Shown: positions 9,116 to 18,966, counted from the first letter of the whole stretch. The stretch is DNA of 59,056 nt, filler included, from 6 parts of 6 records of this genome joined end to end with filler, not necessarily neighbours in it, one strand, 5' to 3'. Notes: generated by a model not told the origin, from the letters alone. Numbers and translations are program-made.

Positions 9116-10252
9116 TCAGTATCCCTGAAGGCGGGCGATGACGTCGGACATGACTTCATCGGCGCCGCCGGCGATGGACGAAGCGCGGGCATCCCTGAAA
9201 AACCTTGATATCAAGGTTTCCTGCATAAAGCCCATGCCTCCGAACATCTGGAGGCACCCGTCGGTGACTTTTCGGATCAGGGTTCCGGATATGAGCTTGC
9301 CCATGGATATTTCCCGCGTGGCGTCCATGCCGGCCATTTTCATACGCGTGATGTGGTAGGAAAGCTGCTTAAGGCATTCCACCTGGGTGGCATAGTCCAC
9401 CAGGCGATGGCGCAAGACCTGTTTTTTAATAAGCGGTTTTCCGAATACGATCCTTTGTTTCAAATAATCGGCGGTCATATCGATGATAAACTGGGCCGCT
9501 ATATAGGTCATGGGAATGGCGGCGAATCGTTCATCCTGGAATTGCTTCATCTGATAGATAAAGCCCTCCCCTTCTTCGCCGATAAGATTTTCGGCCGGGA
9601 CGCGCATATCGTCGAAATAGAGTTCAGCCATATCGCTGCACCACCATCCGATCTTTTTCAGTTCCTTGCCAATGGTAAAACCCGGCGTATCAGTCGGCAC
9701 AATAAACAGACTGAAACAGTGGTACCCGGGTTCGTCGCTGGTCCGGGCCAAAAGGACCACGAAATCGGCCTGAACGCCATTTGTAATGAAACGCTTTGAC
9801 CCATTTATAACGTATGAATCTCCATCGCGCCGGGCGCGCGTCTTCAGGGCGGCTACGTCCGAGCCGGCGTCCGGTTCCGTTACAGCCACGGCAGCCACTT
9901 TATCTCCCAATATGGCCGGTTTCAAAAATTCATTTTTGAGATAATCACTGCCGAATTCATGAATGGCCGGTGTAGCCATATGGGTTTGATCGGCAATGGC
10001 TCCGGCCAGTCCGACGCCGTGGATACGCCCCAGTTCTTCGAGAAAAACCAAATCAAACCAGTAATCAAGCCCCTGGCCGCCCCAGGCCGGATCGTACCGG
10101 ATGCCCAATAGACCGAGGTCGCCCATTTTCTTTAATATATCGTGCAGCGGCGCCCGGGTTTCCTCCCATTCATCCATATTGGGATTAATTTCCTTGGCGA
10201 TGAATTTGGCAATGGTGTCTCTCAGCGCTTCATGTTCTTTATTGAAATACAA
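9116..10252 (-). CDS. Acyl-CoA dehydrogenase, LCAD/citronellyl-CoA (AtuD)-like
   Basis: AVTEPDAGSD, GSKRFITNG, FQDERF; SIAGGADEVM lacks the MCAD-type Glu. Confidence 0.88.
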   Translation of the reverse strand: MYFNKEHEALRDTIAKFIAKEINPNMDEWEETRAPLHDILKKMGDLGLLGIRYDPAWGGQGLDYWFDLVFLEELGRIHGVGLAGAIADQTHMATPAIHEFGSDYLKNEFLKPAILGDKVAAVAVTEPDAGSDVAALKTRARRDGDSYVINGSKRFITNGVQADFVVLLARTSDEPGYHCFSLFIVPTDTPGFTIGKELKKIGWWCSDMAELYFDDMRVPAENLIGEEGEGFIYQMKQFQDERFAAIPMTYIAAQFIIDMTADYLKQRIVFGKPLIKKQVLRHRLVDYATQVECLKQLSYHITRMKMAGMDATREISMGKLISGTLIRKVTDGCLQMFGGMGFMQETLISRFFRDARASSIAGGADEVMSDVIARLQGY

Positions 10253-10357
10253 GGCTGTTCCCTCCTCTTATGCACACATATTCATTTTCAGGAGCATAAC
10301 CATGGAACTTTCTAGGCATTTGATAATGCTGAATATTGCCCCAATTGATTTTAAAGA

Positions 10358-10723
10358 TCATTTTTGTACGCGGATCGCATACGCCCCATTAACTATTGAA
10401 ACAATTTCACCGGATGTATTTTTAATATTTATTTCAAGGTCAAAATCATATCGGCCTTCAGTATCCATGGCTTCATTCATTATTCCTGCATCTTGTTCTG
10501 AAAAAAAAACTTCAGTGAAAATATCGGTCTCGGCCGCTTTTTTGAATTGAATGTTCAAGCTTTTTACAACCGGTATATATTTTTCACTGGCGCGATTTAA
10601 GTACACGACAACGCCGCCCAGAATTTCGGCTGCGGCGAACTGGAGCGCTGCGTGAAACGTATTGATGTGGTTTCCTGTTTTTTCATTTAACGGAACGTAA
10701 CATCGATAAAACCCGTCCCGGCC
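10358..10723 (-). CDS. Hotdog-fold thioesterase (DUF4442/PaaI-like), 5'-truncated
   Basis: Frame is open to the contig end: ...NEKTGNHINTFHAALQFAAAEILGG...VVKSLNIQFKKAA. Confidence 0.75.
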   Translation of the reverse strand, partial: GRDGFYRCYVPLNEKTGNHINTFHAALQFAAAEILGGVVVYLNRASEKYIPVVKSLNIQFKKAAETDIFTEVFFSEQDAGIMNEAMDTEGRYDFDLEINIKNTSGEIVSIVNGAYAIRVQK

Positions 10724-10823
10724 NNNNNNNNNNNNNNNNNNNNNNNNNNNNNNNNNNNNNNNNNNNNTTAATTAATTAANNNNNNNNNNNNNNNNNNNNN
10801 NNNNNNNNNNNNNNNNNNNNNNN
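10724..10823. other. Artificial contig spacer
   Basis: N-run + TTAATTAATTAA (stops in all six frames) + N-run, 100 bp. Confidence 0.98.
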
Positions 10824-10887
10824 ATAAACTTGTAAGTTTTTAAAGGTTTCGCCTATTTTGAATTTGATTTGTTGGCGAAGCCCTTTT

Positions 10888-12243
10888 TTATTTAATTGCT
10901 GAGTTAATTTCTGCTTCAAATTCATCTTTACTTGGGATAATAGATGACCATTTAAGTTCTCCATTAATATAAATTGCAGGTAGGTTTTTAACTCCCATTT
11001 TTACGCATCTTGCGATATTTTCTTTTTCAGTAAATTTGTATTCTACTGTATCAATCTTATCTCCATATTGATCTTTCATTTTCGTTACAGCATCCCACAT
11101 ATATGTACATGCAGCACAAGTTTCCGAATCAAGAGTGAATGCTTCAATTAATGGTTTTTCAAGAGATGTATAATCAGGTAATTCCACTTCGATATCAAGT
11201 TCAGGTGATTCGTAATTAGCAATCATCTCTCTGACTTTTTCAGTTTCTCTAATAGCTTGTTGAACTGCAATAGCATTATCAGCAGGTACATCAAACGGCA
11301 TATCGCATCCAGGTGCAACAATTAAGTTGTTCTTAGAGATACCATCTAACATTTCAACCACATATTTCATGTTATCTTGCTGAGTACCATGTAACATAAG
11401 TGTAGTTAATGGAATGTTTCCACCAATTACTACATTGTATTTATCAGTAATTTCTTTAGCTGCAATGATGTCTACGTTCTCATCAATAGAGATACCATCT
11501 GGTTCAGTTTTACACATTACTTCTAATTGTCTAGTTGCGTTTCCACAAACGAAGAATGATGAGATAGCTCCTTTAGCCCTAACATAGTCAAATACAGTTT
11601 TGAAGCTGTCATGACATAAAAGTGTGAAATGATCAGGAGAGATTTGTGATACTAATGGATCAACTACAGCGATTACATCCATACCGGCGTCTAAGTAATA
11701 GTCTATCATTCTTAAACTAACTTTTGTACAGAATGCCATTAAATCTTTTACATAATCCTCTTTCATGATCATATCCATGAAAATATTATTTCCTCTAAGG
11801 TGAGAAGCTAAAGTAAATGGCCCGCAAATTAATCCGTAAAGAGCAGTTGTATCTCCTATTTCAGCTTTTAATCTCTTCATTACGTCAGTGATCATTGGAA
11901 TTCTACCATCAGTTGCATTTGGCAGTTTGCACTCACATGGCATATCATCAGTATCAGCATATGGATGAGTTTTAACTGATGCAGGTGCTTTGTCAGCCCA
12001 TACTAATTCACAACCAAGGATTTCAGCCTCAACTTGCAGATCAAATATAGCCGGTAATCCATCAGCTTGATATAATTTTGCTGCTTCCATTAATGCTTCA
12101 AATAGTTTATCTCCGTCAGATAATACTTCTGTTGCATTATATCCTACTAAACTTCCTGCATGAACTCCTGCGAATGGTACCCAAGGGATTTTATCTGTTT
12201 CCACCTGTTTGTGAACGTTGATTATTCTTTCTCTTCCTGTCAT
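10888..12243 (-). CDS. Uroporphyrinogen-decarboxylase/MtaA-family methyltransferase fused to a C-terminal thioredoxin-like domain
   Basis: FDLQVEAEILG, GPFTLA, GGNIP, APGCDMP; C-terminal TCAACTYM...MGVKNLPAIYING. Confidence 0.85.
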   Translation of the reverse strand: MTGRERIINVHKQVETDKIPWVPFAGVHAGSLVGYNATEVLSDGDKLFEALMEAAKLYQADGLPAIFDLQVEAEILGCELVWADKAPASVKTHPYADTDDMPCECKLPNATDGRIPMITDVMKRLKAEIGDTTALYGLICGPFTLASHLRGNNIFMDMIMKEDYVKDLMAFCTKVSLRMIDYYLDAGMDVIAVVDPLVSQISPDHFTLLCHDSFKTVFDYVRAKGAISSFFVCGNATRQLEVMCKTEPDGISIDENVDIIAAKEITDKYNVVIGGNIPLTTLMLHGTQQDNMKYVVEMLDGISKNNLIVAPGCDMPFDVPADNAIAVQQAIRETEKVREMIANYESPELDIEVELPDYTSLEKPLIEAFTLDSETCAACTYMWDAVTKMKDQYGDKIDTVEYKFTEKENIARCVKMGVKNLPAIYINGELKWSSIIPSKDEFEAEINSAIK

Positions 12244-12381
12244 TTGATTCCTCCTATAGATTAATTGTTTAAAAAAAGAAAATAAAAAGTTAATATTTTC
12301 TAAGTTTTAATCGTGATTTATCTTGATTTTGATATAAGTATACTCTTTTCAGCGAATTTGTTCTATAATAGAATTGCTGAA

Positions 12382-12400
12382 TTTTGTAATATTTTGTCAT
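12382..12400 (-). promoter_or_regulatory. Putative regulator box (10-bp-period ACAAAA direct repeat)
   Basis: Minus strand ATGACAAAATATTACAAAA, identical to 14571-14589 on the plus strand. Confidence 0.65.
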
Positions 12401-12403
12401 AAA

Positions 12404-13306
12404 TTACTGATCAAAATAGTCACAAAACTTTTTATCTATTTTTTGCTGTTCTAATTCCTTACCTATAAATACTAATTGAGTATTATCAAGCTCTGAACTA
12501 GTAAATTCAAGCTTTTCAGAAGAATAATCTATTTTATAGTTTCCCTCTCTCGTTGCAACAATTCCCTTAATACGTTCAATATTAGATTTGTCAATATTTT
12601 GCAAAATATTTTGTAAATCAGTAATGTTATTAAAAATTTTACAATTTATCGTTATAGTATTGAATTTATGCCTGCTCTCCTCTTTATCAGTATCGATACA
12701 CTCTTTAGTGAGTCTTCTCTGTGTATTTAACATAGATACTACAGAATTAAAATCTGAATTAGCATCAATAATTATGCATGAATCATTAATTTTTTTAATC
12801 TCGGATTTTACATCTTTTAATTCATCACTTGTACAAAGATCACTTTTACTTAAAATTGCAACATCTGAATACGCTAATTGCCTTTTTGTAAAAAGAAGAC
12901 CTGAATTATAAACTTTAACAAAGTTAGTTGAATCAACGACATTAACTATATTCCTTATTTCATAATGTTTTTCTAACTCTTCATTGTCAAAAATATCAAT
13001 AGCATCCTCTACAATAAAGATACCGGATGGTTCAATAATAACTCTGTCAGGATTGATAGTTTCAGCGATATCCCTAAGAGTTTTTTTGAACTCTCCCTTT
13101 AGTGAGCAGCATAAACATCCCTTGTTAATTTCAAAAGTATCATAATTACTTTTTCTAATTATATCTGCATCAATACCGATTTTTCCGAATTCATTAACTA
13201 ATATAACTATTTTTTCTTTTTGGAATTCAGATTCTGCAAGAAGTTTTTGAATCAGACTTGTTTTACCTGCTCCCAGATAACCGGAGATTATATTAACTTT
13301 TATCAT
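12404..13306 (-). CDS. CobW/COG0523 family GTPase (metallochaperone)
   Basis: GYLGAGKT, VNEFG, GCLCC, IEPSG, C-terminal RIKG. Confidence 0.9.
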   Translation of the reverse strand: MIKVNIISGYLGAGKTSLIQKLLAESEFQKEKIVILVNEFGKIGIDADIIRKSNYDTFEINKGCLCCSLKGEFKKTLRDIAETINPDRVIIEPSGIFIVEDAIDIFDNEELEKHYEIRNIVNVVDSTNFVKVYNSGLLFTKRQLAYSDVAILSKSDLCTSDELKDVKSEIKKINDSCIIIDANSDFNSVVSMLNTQRRLTKECIDTDKEESRHKFNTITINCKIFNNITDLQNILQNIDKSNIERIKGIVATREGNYKIDYSSEKLEFTSSELDNTQLVFIGKELEQQKIDKKFCDYFDQ

Positions 13307-13314
13307 AATTTCTC

Positions 13315-14352
13315 CTAATACTTTCCATATGTTTCAGCAGTTTCGATTATAGCTTTAGCTTTTTCAAAATCAAGCTGTGACGGATATTCGCAACCTGTAG
13401 AAAGAATAAATCCCCCATCTTTTTTAAACAGATCAATATGTTTTTTAGTCTCTTCTACCACTTCATCGACAGTTGAGCTCATTAGGAATCCCGGGTCAAT
13501 ACAACCGATTAATGTAGTTTGATCTCCGTACTTCTCTTTAGTCTCTTCAAAACTTGCACAATCATCAGGTGTATGTAAAAATGAGATAGCTTCAGGTTTC
13601 ATTCTCTTGATCTGAGCATCAAAATAGATACCATTACCACAGTTGTGGATCATAACCATACAACCATTATCATGTACAAATTCAGCTAATCTTTGGATAC
13701 AGTCTCCTTCGAATTCATCCCACATCTCTTTACTCATGATAGATTGTGAAGCAAATAGTGTATCAAACATAATTGCATGAACTCCTGTTTCCATTAGTAA
13801 TTTACAGTATTCCATTAATGTTTCCGTGATATTCTCTACAGCTTTTTTTACTGCTTCAGGTTTATCGATACAGTCCATGAACATCTCCGCCTGTCCTCTT
13901 AGCATAGATGCAATTCCAAGTGGACCGAATACAAATGCAACTATTGGCGTGTCTTTTCCTTTTGCTTCAACTAACATTTTACATAATTTAATATGCTCAC
14001 TCATTCTGGGAGTTTCAGCGGGATTCAGTATTCCAATTTTGTCGTAATCTTCAATTGATTTTATTACTCTATCATGATGATCAGGACAAGCTGCATCTTC
14101 TTTGAAATAAATTAACTTTTGACCATAATCAGCTGTTTCTACAGATAAATCAGTTAAAGAACAGATACAGTCAAGTCCCATCTCCTCCGTAGTTTTGATA
14201 ATTGCTTCTGCACATTTTTCTGTGTCCTTAGTCCATTCCTCATAGTCAATACCGACCATTTTTCTTGATACGCTGTTTAACAGTGGATAAACTGGTACTC
14301 TGTCAGCCTCCTTGTGTTGCAGTGTTAATGCTACTCTTTCTAATGATGTCAT
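13315..14352 (-). CDS. MtaA/CmuA (UroD-family) methylcobamide methyltransferase
   Basis: DLSVETADYG, GPLGIA; Zn-ligand motifs HNCG and GCEY. Confidence 0.85.
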   Translation of the reverse strand: MTSLERVALTLQHKEADRVPVYPLLNSVSRKMVGIDYEEWTKDTEKCAEAIIKTTEEMGLDCICSLTDLSVETADYGQKLIYFKEDAACPDHHDRVIKSIEDYDKIGILNPAETPRMSEHIKLCKMLVEAKGKDTPIVAFVFGPLGIASMLRGQAEMFMDCIDKPEAVKKAVENITETLMEYCKLLMETGVHAIMFDTLFASQSIMSKEMWDEFEGDCIQRLAEFVHDNGCMVMIHNCGNGIYFDAQIKRMKPEAISFLHTPDDCASFEETKEKYGDQTTLIGCIDPGFLMSSTVDEVVEETKKHIDLFKKDGGFILSTGCEYPSQLDFEKAKAIIETAETYGKY

Positions 14353-14570
14353 TTTGATTCCCCCTTATTTTTATTATTAATTTTAGTGTTCAGTTTTCTT
14401 ACTTGTTTGGTAAAGAAATTACAATTTTTTACAAATTTGACTTATAAAATAGAACTCCTTACCATTTTACTAATAAAAAAGAAAACAATTCTAGAGTTAT
14501 TTTGTCAATAATTGTAAAATAATGTTAAGATATGATTTTTTATAAGTCGAAAAGTTCAAAAAATAGACAA

Positions 14571-14589
14571 ATGACAAAATATTACAAAA
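14571..14589 (+). promoter_or_regulatory. Putative regulator box (10-bp-period ACAAAA direct repeat)
   Basis: ATGACAAAATATTACAAAA upstream of the corrinoid gene; exact copy at 12382-12400. Confidence 0.65.
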
Positions 14590-14678
14590 AATATAATAAT
14601 CGTTCTATATTAACTTTCAAAACTAAGGTAAACTAATCTTATATAAGAGGATAATATTTTAGAGAAGGTGGTATAAAG

Positions 14679-15326
14679 ATGGAAAGAATGAATATTTTTC
14701 ATGAAAATCTGAAGCGAGGAAATGCTGAGGGTGTTATAAAATTAGTTAATGAATCGCTTGAAACAGGTATATCACCAAAAATACTTATAGAAGAAATACT
14801 AGCAGCAATGACAATGATTACTGATAAATATAAGGTGGCTATGGTACATGTACCTGAACTTTTATTAGCTACCAGAGCTATGAAGGCAGGGTTCAAGATT
14901 CTGAAACCTTTGATGAAAAACAGAGGAGAAGATTATCTGGGAACAGTTATGATTGCAACTGTAAAGGGTGATCTGCATGATGTTGGTAAAAATTTAGTCG
15001 GAATCATGATGGAAGCAAACGGACTGAAAGTAGTTGACCTCGGAGTAGATGTATCGATAGAAAAAATTATAAATAAAATTAAAGAGGAAAAACCGGAAAT
15101 CTTATGCTTATCTGCACTTCTCACTACAACGATGCCTAATATAAAAGAAGCGATAAAAGCTATAAGAAAAGCTGGCTTACGTGATCAGATAAAGATAATG
15201 ATAGGCGGGGCTCCCGTAACAGAGGAGTTTTGCAAAAAGTCAGGTGCGGATATGTATACTCCTGATGCAGTTGTAGCGGCAGAAGAGGCAGTGAATTTAT
15301 TAAATACTATAGAAATAGCAGGTTAG
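14679..15326 (+). CDS. Corrinoid (B12-binding) protein, MtaC/MttC-like
   Basis: DLHDVGKN (DxHxxG), LSALLTTT, IGGAPV, N-terminal cap domain. Confidence 0.93.
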   Translation: MERMNIFHENLKRGNAEGVIKLVNESLETGISPKILIEEILAAMTMITDKYKVAMVHVPELLLATRAMKAGFKILKPLMKNRGEDYLGTVMIATVKGDLHDVGKNLVGIMMEANGLKVVDLGVDVSIEKIINKIKEEKPEILCLSALLTTTMPNIKEAIKAIRKAGLRDQIKIMIGGAPVTEEFCKKSGADMYTPDAVVAAEEAVNLLNTIEIAG

Positions 15327-15337
15327 GAAGTGAAATT

Positions 15338-16255
15338 ATGAGTAAAATATATCTAATAACAGGAGCACTGGGAGCTGGTAAAACTACCTTTCTCAAGAAA
15401 ATATTAACACAATACAAAGCTGAAAAAACAGGAGTTTTAATCAATGAATTTGGTGCAGTGGGAATGGATGGAGATGTCATAGAGAATGAAGGCTTTGAAT
15501 CAATAGAATTAACCAATGGCTCAATATTTTGCTCTTGTCTAAAAGATTACTTCATCGACGGACTTGTTAATTTAATCGAATCAGAATTAGACTATATATT
15601 CATAGAAAGTTCGGGACTTTCAGACCCCTCTAATATGAAATCAATTATAGAAATTGTTAAGAAAAAAACTGATAAAACATTTACATTTATCGGATCAATC
15701 TGTCTGGCAGATGCTCTCTATTTTGAAAAACAGTTTGAAGTATTAGTGAGTATAGAGAGACAGATAGAGAAGAGCAGTTTGTTGATTCTGAATAAATGTG
15801 ATATGGTAAATGAAGAGAACTTGAATCATATAGAAAAAATTATTAGTGATGTAAACCCGGAACTAAAAATATATAGAAGTGAATATGCAGAATTACCAAA
15901 AGAGGTTTTGGAGGCTTTAAGTGAAAATAAAGCACTTACAAATGATGAAACTATAAATAGAGAGGACAATAAACCCTCTATATTCAGATTAAAATTTAAA
16001 GATAGTATTAGTTTGGATAAATTAAAATCATTTATCGATGAAATAAAGATACACACGTTTAGGATAAAAGGATTCGTTGAGATAGAAGATGAAAATTATA
16101 AATTAGACTCTGTAATGGATAGTCTGAATTTGGAAAAATATAAGGGACAGGGAGAAAAAGAATTAGTTGTGATGTCCTCTATAGGGTTTGGCATAATTAG
16201 TAAAATAACTGATGCAGGTAAAAAAACAGGGATGGAATTTTCGATAGTAAGTTAA
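15338..16255 (+). CDS. CobW/COG0523 family GTPase
   Basis: GALGAGKT, INEFG, GSIFCSC, ESSGLSDP, NKCD. Confidence 0.9.
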   Translation: MSKIYLITGALGAGKTTFLKKILTQYKAEKTGVLINEFGAVGMDGDVIENEGFESIELTNGSIFCSCLKDYFIDGLVNLIESELDYIFIESSGLSDPSNMKSIIEIVKKKTDKTFTFIGSICLADALYFEKQFEVLVSIERQIEKSSLLILNKCDMVNEENLNHIEKIISDVNPELKIYRSEYAELPKEVLEALSENKALTNDETINREDNKPSIFRLKFKDSISLDKLKSFIDEIKIHTFRIKGFVEIEDENYKLDSVMDSLNLEKYKGQGEKELVVMSSIGFGIISKITDAGKKTGMEFSIVS

Positions 16256-16273
16256 GAGAATATAAATTAGCAG

Positions 16274-16900
16274 GTGAATATGATGAAAGTAGAATTAAGT
16301 ATAATTGTAGATAAAGAGAGAGTTTTCGAACTGCTTGATTGTAAAAAAGAGAGTGATAGCTATGATATATATGAAGCAAGTTATGAAGCGATGTTGAAAA
16401 TTGCATATTCAGCTGTTAAACCGACGGGCTATTATAAATTCATAAAAAATAACTGGAATATTGGGATTATAAAAGAAAGTAGTGAAATAATTATTTGTTT
16501 AGTTACTCTTGGAGAGCAAATCGATATAGAGATAAAGAGGTTATTTGATGAGTTTGACTATCTGGGGGCAATGCTGCTTAGTGGGATAGCTGATCAGATA
16601 TTATTTAATATCAGTAATGAATTTTACAGTTCAATAAAATCTCAAGCTGGTAAATTAAGTTTTAATTTAAGCAGAAGAGTTTATCCCAATTCATGTGATA
16701 TGCATGGAAGTTATCTAAAAAAGATAGTTGATGGACTAAAAAAAGAGATGGATATAGAGTTCTATATATCAGAAGGATATATGTTGGCACCATCCAAATC
16801 AATGGGATATATCTACGGAGCCGGAGTTTCACTACCAGATAGCTTGGTTGATCATGATTGTGCTAACTGTGATAGTGTGAAATGTGATCATAGAATGTAG
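16274..16900 (+). CDS. Methionine-synthase-activation-domain-like protein
   Basis: LVTLG, DYLGAMLLSGIAD, YMLAPSKSM, C-terminal CANCDSVKCDHR. Confidence 0.65.
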   Translation: MNMMKVELSIIVDKERVFELLDCKKESDSYDIYEASYEAMLKIAYSAVKPTGYYKFIKNNWNIGIIKESSEIIICLVTLGEQIDIEIKRLFDEFDYLGAMLLSGIADQILFNISNEFYSSIKSQAGKLSFNLSRRVYPNSCDMHGSYLKKIVDGLKKEMDIEFYISEGYMLAPSKSMGYIYGAGVSLPDSLVDHDCANCDSVKCDHRM

Positions 16901-16953
16901 AGAGAAAATCTAGGAATGAAATAATTTGAGTTGATAATAATTAAAGATTATAT

Positions 16954-16993
16954 AAAAAAACTGCGAGTTGAAAGAAAGAATCGCAGTTTTTTT
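16954..16993. terminator. Bidirectional intrinsic terminator
   Basis: AAAAAAACTGCGA...TCGCAGTTTTTTT between convergent genes. Confidence 0.75.
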
Positions 16994-17015
16994 TATATCA
17001 AAAATTCTTTACTTC

Positions 17016-17480
17016 TTATTGATCATCACAGTTAGCTTGTTTATTTTTTTCCTGCGGACATGTGACTAAATCCTGTGCAATTAACTCTTTATACTCCTCT
17101 GATTCATCGCTCTTTTTTACTTCCATCAAAGATTCAATTTTATCCATATCAAATCCTACTAAGCGCGATTCATCGATTTTAATTAAAGGTCTTCTAATCA
17201 ATAAGTGATCATCAAGCATTAAATCTAAAGCCTGATTAGAGTTATACTCACTAGGATTTATCTCACCTGATTTTACTCTAGGTGATTTTGTGTTAAACCA
17301 CTCCTCTACCGGCATTTTCTCAAAAAATCTAAGTATTTCATCTTTGATCCAATTATGTTTAATAATATCTACTGCTTTAAATTCATAACCAGCTAATGAT
17401 AATATTTTCTTCTGTTTAGTATTGTTTATGCACCCGGTCTTTTCATAAAAAACTAAATTCTTCATAAAGCTCACCTCCAA
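17016..17480 (-). CDS. ArsC/Spx family protein, nitrogenase-associated subtype
   Basis: FYEKTGCINNTKQK...LLIRRPLI...VGFD. Confidence 0.8.
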   Translation of the reverse strand: MEVSFMKNLVFYEKTGCINNTKQKKILSLAGYEFKAVDIIKHNWIKDEILRFFEKMPVEEWFNTKSPRVKSGEINPSEYNSNQALDLMLDDHLLIRRPLIKIDESRLVGFDMDKIESLMEVKKSDESEEYKELIAQDLVTCPQEKNKQANCDDQ

Positions 17481-17775
17481 AATTAAATTTCTAAATAGAA
17501 ATCTTATTTAATCGTAACACCTTTATTTTCAATATTCAAATTCATTGAATCAATCAGATCATATATAGATTATATCTAATTCGAAATATGTATTTTAAAA
17601 AACTCTGTCTTAAAGATTAATTTTCTATAAACGATTTATTGCCACTCCTTCACTCAAGCAATCTATTCTTTTTTAACCTTACTTTATAGTACTTTAGTAT
17701 AGCGACTTAAAATTATTTTTTAGTTATAATAGTAATAAGAGATAATGATTATAAATAAGAGAAATGAGGTAAAAA

Positions 17776-18966
17776 ATGATTAAGATATCTTTTCGGAAGA
17801 AAATAAAGGTTTTATTTCTTTTAATTGTTATTATGCTTTGTTCAATTTCCTGTACATCTACATATATGGGCCGTTTAATCATCTGGAATTTTAGTGGTTA
17901 TGAAGGATATAAAAAATTCCCAATACGACAAGTACAAAATAACTCTTTTACTTATAAATTTGAAAAAAATAAAAATTTTAATTTACAATCTTTTAAGCTC
18001 AACGATGAAAAATTATCATCCTATAAGAGTTTTGATGAATTCCTAAAGGACAATGAAACGACTTCTTTTATCCTAATAAAAAATAATACAGTATATTATG
18101 AAAAATATTTTAATGAGACATACAGAGATTCGATTAACCCAGCTTTTTCTGTTTCAAAATCAGTCCTGTCTCTTCTTATAGGGATTGCTATTGATGAAGG
18201 AAAAATTGGAAGTGTTAATGATCTAATCTCAGATTACCTTCCCGAGTTGGAAAATAATAGATTATTCCCTATTACGATACAAGAGTTACTGACAATGAGT
18301 TCCGGCCTCGAACATTATAACAGCTATGGTTTTCTTCCATGGAGCAGTGATATTCGAGTGGGGATGAGTCCTGATATACAAGAACTTGTTCTTTCTCTAA
18401 ACTCAGAAGAAAAACCCGGTCAGTCATTTTTGTATCATAACCAAGTACCAATTTTACTTGCTATGATTTTGACGCGAGCTACAGGGAAAACAGTTTCTCA
18501 ATATACAGAAGAAAAGATATGGAAAGCAATGGGAATGGAGTATACGGCATTTTGGATTTTAGATAGCGAAGAGGCAAAATTTGAAAAAACAGATGGTGGT
18601 TTTAATGCTCGTTCCATTGATTATGCTAAATTAGGGCAGTTAATTCTAAATCAAGGGCAATGGAATGGTAAACAAATTGTATCAAAAAAATGGATAATAG
18701 AATCAACTTCACCTGATTTTTCTAAAAGTTACTTATTAGATTTATACGACATTGATGATTTTTATTACAAATATCATTGGTGGGGATTAGTAACAACTAA
18801 ATCATATGCATCAATGGCCATTGGAAGATATGGACAATTTATTTTTGTACATCCTGAACTCAATGCAGTAATTGTGAGAAACGGAAAAGGAATGGGAGAT
18901 TTATCCGGTAAGCAATGGTATGACTTACTCATGAATATAGCAAAACAAACTAATACAATCAAGTAA
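17776..18966 (+). CDS. Serine hydrolase, beta-lactamase class C / NylB-like, probable lipoprotein
   Basis: SVSKS (SxxK), LLTMSSG, FLYHN, GRYGQ; signal peptide ending ISC. Confidence 0.85.
   Translation: MIKISFRKKIKVLFLLIVIMLCSISCTSTYMGRLIIWNFSGYEGYKKFPIRQVQNNSFTYKFEKNKNFNLQSFKLNDEKLSSYKSFDEFLKDNETTSFILIKNNTVYYEKYFNETYRDSINPAFSVSKSVLSLLIGIAIDEGKIGSVNDLISDYLPELENNRLFPITIQELLTMSSGLEHYNSYGFLPWSSDIRVGMSPDIQELVLSLNSEEKPGQSFLYHNQVPILLAMILTRATGKTVSQYTEEKIWKAMGMEYTAFWILDSEEAKFEKTDGGFNARSIDYAKLGQLILNQGQWNGKQIVSKKWIIESTSPDFSKSYLLDLYDIDDFYYKYHWWGLVTTKSYASMAIGRYGQFIFVHPELNAVIVRNGKGMGDLSGKQWYDLLMNIAKQTNTIK

Noticed and set aside
10776-10964. ORF-track protein running into X residues
   Set aside because: It overlaps the end of the real gene and ends in the artificial spacer.
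14353-14678. Possible cobalamin riboswitch in the divergent corrinoid promoter region
   Set aside because: Extremely AT-rich, with no B12-box or GGGAA/GCCACTG core visible.
17776-18966. Antibiotic-resistance beta-lactamase
   Set aside because: The motifs fit the broad serine hydrolase/NylB-like family and lack the canonical AmpC KTG context, so resistance is unsupported.
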